From assembly GCA_025458165.1 (NCBI GenBank), contig JALOTB010000024.1:811-64810 (forward strand): 64,000 nt of DNA. Reading direction: 5' to 3'. The stretch comes from Chromatiaceae bacterium. Its GTDB lineage: Bacteria; Pseudomonadota; Gammaproteobacteria; Chromatiales; Chromatiaceae. The notes under the pieces are model-generated. The model saw nothing but the letters and a program-made list of their open reading frames with translations, had not been told where the DNA came from and did no database searches. Both the position numbers and the translations under genes were made by a program. Positions 26,752 to 34,779 of this stretch are shown in pieces (the first letter of the stretch is position 1; every line of letters starts with the position of its first letter).

Positions 26752-28757
26752 GCCCGCCCCGCCAGCCGCCCGGAACCCGCGCCTGGGTCGCGGCCCTGGT
26801 GCACCACGGGGTCGCCGCCTTTGCGGCCGACACCCTCGGCGCCGACGACCCGCTCCTCGCCGCCCTGCGCGCAGAGACCCTGATCCACGGCGCCGCCGCC
26901 CTGCCCGGCGACTGGCCGGACCTGATCGAGGCGCTGGCAGCGGCCTGGCCGCTGACCGAGGGCCGGCTGGGGGCACTGCTCGCCGACTACCAACTGACGC
27001 CGGCCGAGCTCTTCGTCCTCGGCCTGGCCGGCACGGTGGAAGAGTCCCACCTGCTCGGGTTGGTGCTGGCGCGCCTCCAGGCACCGGCGGCACAGTCGCG
27101 TCCGACCCTTCACCTGACCCTAGCCCTGACCGCTGCCCTGTTCGGCCCCGAGGCCCGCTCCCTGCAGGGGCTACTGGCGCACCCGTTGCTGCGCGTCGGA
27201 GCGCTGCGGGTGGACGGCGACGGCCCGCTCCCGCTCGCGACGCTGGGCGTGCCACCCCCGCTCTGGGCGGTGTTGAGCGGGACCGCAACACCCTGGCCCG
27301 GCTGCGCACCCATCCTGAGGCCGGTCCCGGGGCTGCTACCGCGGGCGCTCGATCGCGAGCTGCCGAAGCTTGCGGCGTTGCTCGGAGGGAGCGATGCAGA
27401 CACGGCGACCGAGTGCGCCGGGCTGGTCCTGCGCGGCACCCCCGGCAGCGGGCGCGCGGCCGTCGCCGCGCTGCTCGCCGCGCGCCTGGGGCGCGTCGCT
27501 CTGGCGGTGCCGGTCGCCCTTTGGGAGCAGGAGCCCGCCCTCGCCGTCGCCTGCCGTTACGCCGGCTGGCTGCCGGTGCTGCGCCCGACGCTGCGCCCCG
27601 GCGAGCTCTGGCCGCTACCGGGACAAGCCGCGGCGGCACCCTCCGTCGTCGTCCTGGTGGGTATGGACGGCGCGGTGGGGGGGGCCGGGCTGGTGGAGCT
27701 CGACCTGCCGCCGCTGCCCGAGCCCGAGCGCCGCATCCTCTGGCAGGCGCGCCTCGGCGACCCCGAGCTGGCCGCCGTCGCCGCCCACGCCCTGCTCGCC
27801 GGTCCGGTGATCGAGGCCCTCGCCGGCCGCGCGCGGCTACTCGCGGCACGAGCCGGGCGGACGGTGTCGCTTGGGGATGTCGCCGATGCCCGTGCCCTGC
27901 TTGGCGCCGAACGGCTGCGATTGCTGGCGCAGCCGGTCGCGCGGCGGGTCGGCGCCGACGCCCTGGTGCTGCCGCCAGGGCTGACCGCGGACCTCGACGT
28001 GGTACTGCGCCGCTGCCGCCGCCGCGAGGCGCTCTGGCGGGGCCTGGGCGCGACACTCACGGCCACTGCGAGCCCAGGCGTGCGCGTGCTGTTGGTCGGC
28101 GAAAGCGGCACCGGCAAGACGCTCGCGGCGAGCTATCTCGCCACCGCGCTCGGCGCGCCCCTGTACCGGGTGGACCTGGCCGCGGTGATGAACAAGTACA
28201 TCGGCGAGTCCGAGAAGAACCTGGGCGCGCTATTGGACGAGGCCGCCGCGCACGACGTGGTGCTCCTGTTCGACGAGGCCGACTCCCTGTTCGGGCGACG
28301 CTCGGAGCGCAAGGAGACCGGCGAGCGCTACGCCAACATGCTGACCAACTTCCTCCTGACCCGCATCGAGAACCACCCCGGCCTGGTGGTGCTGACCAGC
28401 AACAGCCGCGAGCGCATCGACCCCGCCTTCAACCGCCGATTGGATCTGATCCTGGAGGTGCCACTGCCGGGCTTCGAGGAGCGCCGGCGCCTCTGGGCCA
28501 GCCACCTCGGCACCCGCGCCCCGGCAGAGACGCTCTGCCGGACGCTGGCCGCCCACTGCGAGCTCGCGGGCGGGGCGATCCGCAACATCGTACTCACCGC
28601 GGCCACGCTCACCGCGGCCGACGATGGCCCGCTGGACACCGCCGCACTGCTCATGGCGCTGCGGCTGGAGTACCGCAAGGCCGGTCGAGCGCCGCCGGCC
28701 GCGCTCGAGCGCCTGGCCACGGCGAGTGACGCCCCGCCGGGCAGGACCCCCGAATGA
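26748..28757 (+). CDS. AAA+ ATPase (Afp15/Pvc15-like)
   Basis: Walker A is VLLVGESGTGKTLAASYLA. YIGESEKNL is present. Walker B is VVLLFDEADSLFGRRS. LLTRIENHPGLVVLTSN and a sensor region follow. The start is at the ATGA overlap with the upstream gene. Confidence 0.88.
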   Translation: MSPPRQPPGTRAWVAALVHHGVAAFAADTLGADDPLLAALRAETLIHGAAALPGDWPDLIEALAAAWPLTEGRLGALLADYQLTPAELFVLGLAGTVEESHLLGLVLARLQAPAAQSRPTLHLTLALTAALFGPEARSLQGLLAHPLLRVGALRVDGDGPLPLATLGVPPPLWAVLSGTATPWPGCAPILRPVPGLLPRALDRELPKLAALLGGSDADTATECAGLVLRGTPGSGRAAVAALLAARLGRVALAVPVALWEQEPALAVACRYAGWLPVLRPTLRPGELWPLPGQAAAAPSVVVLVGMDGAVGGAGLVELDLPPLPEPERRILWQARLGDPELAAVAAHALLAGPVIEALAGRARLLAARAGRTVSLGDVADARALLGAERLRLLAQPVARRVGADALVLPPGLTADLDVVLRRCRRREALWRGLGATLTATASPGVRVLLVGESGTGKTLAASYLATALGAPLYRVDLAAVMNKYIGESEKNLGALLDEAAAHDVVLLFDEADSLFGRRSERKETGERYANMLTNFLLTRIENHPGLVVLTSNSRERIDPAFNRRLDLILEVPLPGFEERRRLWASHLGTRAPAETLCRTLAAHCELAGGAIRNIVLTAATLTAADDGPLDTAALLMALRLEYRKAGRAPPAALERLATASDAPPGRTPE

Positions 28758-31700
28758 GCCAGGCCGCCGCAATCAGCGTCAGCTCCCAGCCGGCGGCGGG
28801 CAAGGCGCGCGCGGCCCCTGCGCCCCCGGCGGCCGCCCCGATTGCCCCGGCCGTGCTGGCGGTACCGGCCTATCTCCAGGCCCGCTTCAAGACGCAGGCG
28901 CTGGTCCAACGCGCCCCGGCCGCCGAGCCCACAACGGTCGAGGACGAGGAGGTCCTGCCGGCCGGACCTGGGCTGCAGACCAAGATCGCGATCGGCCCGC
29001 CCGATGACCCCTATGAGCAGGCGGCGGATGCGCTCGCCGATCGGGTGCAGCGCGCCGCCGCCCCGGCGCCGGCGGTCCAGCGGGCGCCGCTGCCGGACGA
29101 GGCGTCATTGCCCATCCGGCGGATGGCACGGCCGGACGAGGACGAGCCCTTGCCGGTGCAACGGAAGGCTGGCGCACCCTGCCCGACCTGCGCGGCGGCC
29201 GGGGATCGTCTGCAGGCGAAGCCGGCTGGCAACGGCCCCGGGCCGGCAGCCACCGCGCCCGGACCGCAGGCCGGTCGCGCGCTGCACCGGGCGCTCGCGC
29301 AACCCGGCCCGGGTGCGCCCCTCTCCCCAACGGTGCGCGGGCGGGTCGAGCCGGCGCTCGGGGCTGACCTTGGCGCGGTTCGGGTCCACGCCGACGCCGG
29401 CGCCGCCGCCACCCGCGCGATTCAGGCACGCGCCTTCACCCATGGCCAGGACATCTGGCTCGGCGCCGGCGAGAGCCCGAACGACCTCGGCCTGATGGCC
29501 CACGAGGCGACCCACGTCGTCCAGCAGACCGGGCGGGTCCAGCGCAAGCCAGCCAACAACGGCGCCGCTGGCGGCGCCCCGGCGCGGGCCGGTGGTGCCG
29601 GTGCTGCGGGTGGTGCCGGTGGCGCGGCTGGCGCTGCCGCGGGTGTCAACGCCCAGACGGGTGGAGGCACGGGCGCCGGCGGCGGTGCGACCGCTGCCCA
29701 GCCGGCTTCGGCTGCCGGTGCTGTTACTCCAGCCGGCGCGGGCCTGGCAGCTCCTGCGGCCGGGGGGGCTGGCACCGGCCCGACGCTGTTGATGCCAGAA
29801 CCGCCGGCGGGGCTTTCGGCGGAAGAACAGGCGCGCATCGCCGAGGCCCAGGGCCAGGCCTCGGCGGCCGCCGAGGCCAATGCGGCGATGCCGCCGGCCG
29901 ATGCGGCGGTGGCCGATGCGCGAGCCGCGGTCGACGAGCCCGAGGCCGAGACCGCGGCCCGCGCGGCCGGTGAGCTCACCGCGACCCTCGGCGAGCGCGC
30001 CGCGCCCAGCCCCGAGATCGAGGAGCTTTGCGAGCGCATCAAAGGCGCCATCCGACGCCGCCGCCCGCCAGACGAAGACGCACTGGCCCAGTTCGACCCA
30101 GGCGAGGCGACCCAGGCCGCGGGTGCCGAGCTCAACAGTGCCGTCGAGGGCGACGCCGAGCGTGTCCAGGGCGACTACGACCAGTTAAACGAGACGCCAG
30201 AGGGCAGCCCCGAGCAGCAGGCGCAGCCCTTGGAGACCCCACCGGGGGCCGTCGAGACCCGGCCCGTCGAGGCAAGCCAGGCCGTTCCCGACGCGGTGCC
30301 GGCCGCAGACCTCTCGCTCGATGCCGATGTCGCCGCGAGCAGCCAACGCATCGAAGACGCCGGCATGGCCACCGCGCCCGCGGAGCTGATCACCGACCCG
30401 TCCAACCCCGTCACCCAGGCCCGCGAGGGGCAGACCGGGCTGGCCGAGGCGGCCGCGCGTGACCCGGTCGAGGTAATGGCCGAGCAGACCGCGATCCGCG
30501 ATCAGGCCCAGGGCGCCATGCGCACACTGCAGCAGCAGGCCCTGAACGCACTGCAGGCGTCGCGCGCGGCGACTGCGAGCGGGGTCGGCAGCGGCATGGT
30601 GAGCCTGGGTGACACCGAGGAGCAGATGCGCGCCAACGCGGGCGCCGAGGCCCAGCGCATCTTCAGCGAGGCGCAGACCCAGGTCAGCAGCCTCCTCGAT
30701 CCGCTGCCGCAGACCGCGATGCAACGCTGGGAGACCGGCATCCGCGTCCTCTCCACCCGGGTCGAGCAGGAGTCCGAGGAATTCAACCGGTGGAAGGCCG
30801 AGCGCTATTCGGGCGTCGGCGGCGCCGTCCTTGGCGTCGTCGAAGGCGTCGTCGGCATGCCCGACTGGGCCATCCGCTGGCTCAACGGCATCGAGGAGCG
30901 CTTCGGCAACGATGTCTGCGATCTGGTCCGCGAGATCTCCTCGGAGGTCAACACGGTCGTCGCGACCTGCGAAGAGATCATCGACAACGCCAACCGGCAG
31001 ATCGCAGCGGTCTTCGCGCAACTCCCGACCAGCCTCCAGGATTGGGCCGCCGGCGAGCAGGCCAACTTCAGCGCGCAACTGGAGGGGTTGCGCGAACGGG
31101 CCCACAACACCCGCAACGACTTCAATCAGCAGCTCTCCCAACAGGCCGCCCAGGCCGTTCAAGAGGTGCGTGAGCGCATCCACGCGATGCGCGAGGAAGC
31201 CCAGGGGCTGCTCGGGCAGATCGCCAATGCCATCGAGCGCTTCGCCGAGGACCCGGCCAAGTTCATCATCGAGGGGCTGCTCAAGCTCGTCGGGATCGCC
31301 GCATCGGCCTTCTGGGCCTTGGTCAACCGCATCGGTCAGGTCATCGAGGACATCGCCGATGACCCGATGAACTTCGCCAACAACCTGGTGCGGGCCATCG
31401 GCCAGGGCTTCCAGCGCTTCTTCGACAACTTCGCCAACCACATTGTCAGCGGTTTCTTCGACTGGCTGTTCTCGGGCCTGGGCTCGGTCGGCGTGCAATT
31501 GCCGACCGACTTCTCCCTCGGCAGCTTGATCACCTTCTTCCTGCAATTGATGGGGATCACCTGGGCGCGGATTCGCCAGATCCTTGCACGACACATCGGC
31601 GAGCAGAATGTCGCCCTATTGGAGAAGGCCTATGAGCTGATCGCCCTGCTGATGGAGCGCGGGGTCGATGGCATTTACGAGATGATCCGCGAGCAGTTGA

Positions 31701-32971
31701 ATCCGCAGACCATCCTGGATGCGATCCTGAGCGCGGCGGTGGACTTCCTGATCGACGCGCTGATCCGTGCCGTCACGCCGCGGATCATCGGGCTGTTCAA
31801 CCCGGCCGGCGCGATCATCCAGGCGATTGAGGTCATCTACCGCGTCCTGGCCTGGATCTTCAACAACGCCGCACGCATCTTTAGTCTGGTCGAGACCGTC
31901 GTCAACGGCGCGGCAGACCTGATCGCCGGCAACGTCGGCGGCATGGCCACCGCCATCGAGGGCGCGCTGGCACGGCTCATCGCCCCGGTGATCGACTTCC
32001 TCGCCGGCTTCCTCGGCCTCGGCAACCTCCCGGATCGCATCGCCGACACCATCCGCGGCTTCCAGCAAATGGTCCTCGCCGCAATCGAGCGGGTGGTCGC
32101 CTTCCTGGCCGAGCGGGCAAGGGCGTTGTTGCGGACGTTAGGGATTGGTGGCGGCGGGGAAGACGACACTGAGGACGAGCTCGAAGGCGTCCAGGCTTTG
32201 GCGAGCAGTGCAGTCCGAAGCCGGCTAGCCGCTGGTGCTGACGAAGCGGAGGCGCGTGGCATCCTGCGGCAGATCGAGAATGACCTTCGCCCGAACGGCC
32301 TGAAAAGTCTGGAGCTGGGCACAGCGGATGCCCACGGCAACATACCCATCTTCGCTGAGGCGAGCCCCAAGAAGCTCGTCAACAAGCTCGTTGACAAGAA
32401 CGTGACCGTCGCTCTGCACGCGACCATTACGATGCATGAAGAAGAAGACCTCATTCCCGCTGGTATAGCCAACGAGGGCGAGTCGCTGAGCTTCCGCTTC
32501 AGTGAACTAGCGGCCGGTGGTCGTCGACTCGGTGACGATCCGAGCGCTACAGAGCGCCGACAGATATTTCACGGTCTTGGCGGCACAGGCCGGGAAACGC
32601 CGCTTCCGGCGGTCTCGCAGCAGGCGCGCGGTCGGGGATGGCAGCCGTCTGCTGGGCTTATTCTGGAACCGCGCCCAGGGGCTCCATTGACCGTGTTGTC
32701 GTGGAATACCAGTCAGCCCAAGGGGAGCGATAATGTATCCCACGCGGAGACCCAGTTTTTGGAATGGTTCGATCACCGCCCGCTGGCCTGGCGTAGGAGA
32801 GTTAGCCGCGTGCAGGTCGTTGTTGAGGGGCGACCGATTTGCGACCGTTGTCTGGGCTTTCTACAGGCTTCAAAGGCAAGATTTCTTAGTCTTCCGACCC
32901 CACCGTCACGGTCATTCGATTGGCGGGGACCGTCATCTGAGGAAGGCGACGACAAAGTTTTGGAGCGATGA
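28754..32971 (+). CDS. DUF4157 (HExxH) domain-containing polymorphic toxin or effector with a C-terminal deaminase-like module
   Basis: The N-terminus is of DUF4157 type (LQTKIAIGPPDDPYEQAADALADRV ... VRVHADAGAAATRAIQARAFTHGQDIWLGAG ... MAHEATHVVQQ; HEATH at nt 29501-15). A Gly/Ala linker and a conserved helical middle region follow. The C-terminus carries HAE (32741-49) and PICDRC (32834-51). The start overlaps the ATPase stop (ATGA). Confidence 0.85.
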   Translation: MSQAAAISVSSQPAAGKARAAPAPPAAAPIAPAVLAVPAYLQARFKTQALVQRAPAAEPTTVEDEEVLPAGPGLQTKIAIGPPDDPYEQAADALADRVQRAAAPAPAVQRAPLPDEASLPIRRMARPDEDEPLPVQRKAGAPCPTCAAAGDRLQAKPAGNGPGPAATAPGPQAGRALHRALAQPGPGAPLSPTVRGRVEPALGADLGAVRVHADAGAAATRAIQARAFTHGQDIWLGAGESPNDLGLMAHEATHVVQQTGRVQRKPANNGAAGGAPARAGGAGAAGGAGGAAGAAAGVNAQTGGGTGAGGGATAAQPASAAGAVTPAGAGLAAPAAGGAGTGPTLLMPEPPAGLSAEEQARIAEAQGQASAAAEANAAMPPADAAVADARAAVDEPEAETAARAAGELTATLGERAAPSPEIEELCERIKGAIRRRRPPDEDALAQFDPGEATQAAGAELNSAVEGDAERVQGDYDQLNETPEGSPEQQAQPLETPPGAVETRPVEASQAVPDAVPAADLSLDADVAASSQRIEDAGMATAPAELITDPSNPVTQAREGQTGLAEAAARDPVEVMAEQTAIRDQAQGAMRTLQQQALNALQASRAATASGVGSGMVSLGDTEEQMRANAGAEAQRIFSEAQTQVSSLLDPLPQTAMQRWETGIRVLSTRVEQESEEFNRWKAERYSGVGGAVLGVVEGVVGMPDWAIRWLNGIEERFGNDVCDLVREISSEVNTVVATCEEIIDNANRQIAAVFAQLPTSLQDWAAGEQANFSAQLEGLRERAHNTRNDFNQQLSQQAAQAVQEVRERIHAMREEAQGLLGQIANAIERFAEDPAKFIIEGLLKLVGIAASAFWALVNRIGQVIEDIADDPMNFANNLVRAIGQGFQRFFDNFANHIVSGFFDWLFSGLGSVGVQLPTDFSLGSLITFFLQLMGITWARIRQILARHIGEQNVALLEKAYELIALLMERGVDGIYEMIREQLNPQTILDAILSAAVDFLIDALIRAVTPRIIGLFNPAGAIIQAIEVIYRVLAWIFNNAARIFSLVETVVNGAADLIAGNVGGMATAIEGALARLIAPVIDFLAGFLGLGNLPDRIADTIRGFQQMVLAAIERVVAFLAERARALLRTLGIGGGGEDDTEDELEGVQALASSAVRSRLAAGADEAEARGILRQIENDLRPNGLKSLELGTADAHGNIPIFAEASPKKLVNKLVDKNVTVALHATITMHEEEDLIPAGIANEGESLSFRFSELAAGGRRLGDDPSATERRQIFHGLGGTGRETPLPAVSQQARGRGWQPSAGLILEPRPGAPLTVLSWNTSQPKGSDNVSHAETQFLEWFDHRPLAWRRRVSRVQVVVEGRPICDRCLGFLQASKARFLSLPTPPSRSFDWRGPSSEEGDDKVLER

Positions 32972-32978
32972 TTGACAA

Positions 32979-34013
32979 ATGAACAAATCCGGTATGCCTC
33001 CGTCTACATTGTGGTCGGACGAGCATCGCAAGCGCCTGTTTCTGATCCCGGAAGGCATTGAGTTACCTATCGGCGAGCTACGCTTGCGAACATCGGGAGG
33101 CCGTGACCGGTGGGTGCAACCTTCCACCGTTGCGCCTTACCAGGTTAGTGCAGACGTCGCATGCGCCTGGGCGCAGGCCGAGTTATCGAGCGTATCTCGC
33201 CAACTCGGCGGCAACCCGCGCCGCTCGTTCCCATCGGTACCGGCGCCCGAGCAGCCGGGGAATGCCTCAGCGGACGCCCCGGCGACCCCCGGCCTCGACC
33301 TCCTCGCCGCAATCACCGGCACCCCGCGGGCTGACCTGGACACCGGTGCGCTCGGCGCGGCACTGAAGCGCTATTTCGGTGACATCGGAGGCACCATCGC
33401 CGATGCCGTGAGCGGCGAGCCAGCGCGCATCGCGAGGGCCAAGGTGCGGATGGCCGAGTGGTCCGCGATTCTGCGTGCGCATGGCACGGAGGTCGGGGAG
33501 GCTGCGCCGGCGGGGACCCCATCGGGGCGAGTACCGACGAGCGAACCGGGGGCGCCCGAGCCGGCGGCGGGGGGCACGGCCACAGAGTCCGACTCGGGGC
33601 GGCCAGTCGGCGAAGTGGGCGGGTTGGCCGAGCGCCTGCATGCGCTGGCCGAGGACTTCCGGCGCCGCGCTGATGCGCTGGCCGCCGCACGCGAGACCCG
33701 CCCAGGCGCCGCCGCGACACCGGAGACCCGGTGCGCCGACAAATCCAGCGCCTCGGGAGTCGGTCAGCCGGCGGCCGCCGTCAGACTCGATCGGGCCGCC
33801 ACCGAGGCGCAAGCAACCGGTGAGCCATCCGAGGCGAGTGGGACAACGGGGTCGGCCGATGGTCCTGCGGCGACGGGCCAGCCGGAGTCTCCCTCCCACG
33901 GCTATACCCAGGCGGCCGCACTCGAGGCCCTGGCCGAGGGGCTCGAAGACGCGGCAACCGATGCCGCGGCCCGTCTGCGCGCGTATGCGGAAACACTCCG
34001 AGATCGCTCGTGA
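32979..34013 (+). CDS. hypothetical protein; candidate immunity or partner protein of the upstream toxin module
   Basis: 344-aa ORF starting 8 nt after the toxin stop. The first ~150 nt are markedly lower in GC. The rest of the protein is Ala/Pro/Glu/Gly-rich. No family was recognised. Confidence 0.45.
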   Translation: MNKSGMPPSTLWSDEHRKRLFLIPEGIELPIGELRLRTSGGRDRWVQPSTVAPYQVSADVACAWAQAELSSVSRQLGGNPRRSFPSVPAPEQPGNASADAPATPGLDLLAAITGTPRADLDTGALGAALKRYFGDIGGTIADAVSGEPARIARAKVRMAEWSAILRAHGTEVGEAAPAGTPSGRVPTSEPGAPEPAAGGTATESDSGRPVGEVGGLAERLHALAEDFRRRADALAAARETRPGAAATPETRCADKSSASGVGQPAAAVRLDRAATEAQATGEPSEASGTTGSADGPAATGQPESPSHGYTQAAALEALAEGLEDAATDAAARLRAYAETLRDRS

Positions 34014-34779
34014 CGGCCTTCCGCGGATGCCGACGCGCGTCGCTCGGCGATCCTGGCCCGAATAGCACGCAACGACCGCCCGGCTAGCGTTCGCCGGGAA
34101 ATTTGCTACGCTTGAGTCCAGACACCTCTGCCGTGGAAACCGCTGACGTCCGGGCCAGTCCCGGACCGCTGGGCCGCCCCAGGCCCGTTGGCGGGCGTCG
34201 ATGGCGGGGGATCGGCACCGGGGCTAAGCTGTCCGGCGCGAGGTTCGAGTCGTGAGTCGGTGGTATTCGTCGCAGGTCGCATCCGCTACCCCAGACAGCC
34301 GCCGTGACCGCGGCAACGAGCCGTGCCAACCGGCCGCGCGAATGCGGCGGCGACGCCCAGCCGGTCCTCCACAAGGTCCATCTCAGGGCTCTTCGGTGGG
34401 CCCTCAGCAAACGCCAACGGCGGAGTCGACCGGCGGTCGCAACGGGGCAGCGGCCGGCCGGCGTGTCCCCTACCCTTGATTGGTCCGCCCTCCGCCGGCC
34501 GGTCCCCGACGCCGCCCGATCGCTGAGAACGGCCCTATCGGTCGTCTGCGCCGCCGCCTCGCTCCTCGTGGGCGGCGGCATCCAGGTCCACCGCCTGCCC
34601 TGGCTTGGCCCGCTGATCGACGGTTCAGCCCACGAGGCCGAGCTGACCTCAGGGGTCGGCGTGAACCTCGCGGGCACCCTCGCACGCGCGACGCTCACGC
34701 TTTGGGGCGGCTTTGGCAAGGCCAGCGGACCGGGCAGGGATCGGCAGCCTCGGCTCGGCGCGCCTTACGCCTCCACGCG

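Noticed and set aside
34242-34251. GGTTCGAGTC, resembling a tRNA T-psi-C loop, as a possible tRNA remnant or att site at the island border.
   Set aside because: The flanking bases do not form a T-arm stem (cgagg / cgtga are not complementary). No acceptor or anticodon arms could be folded.
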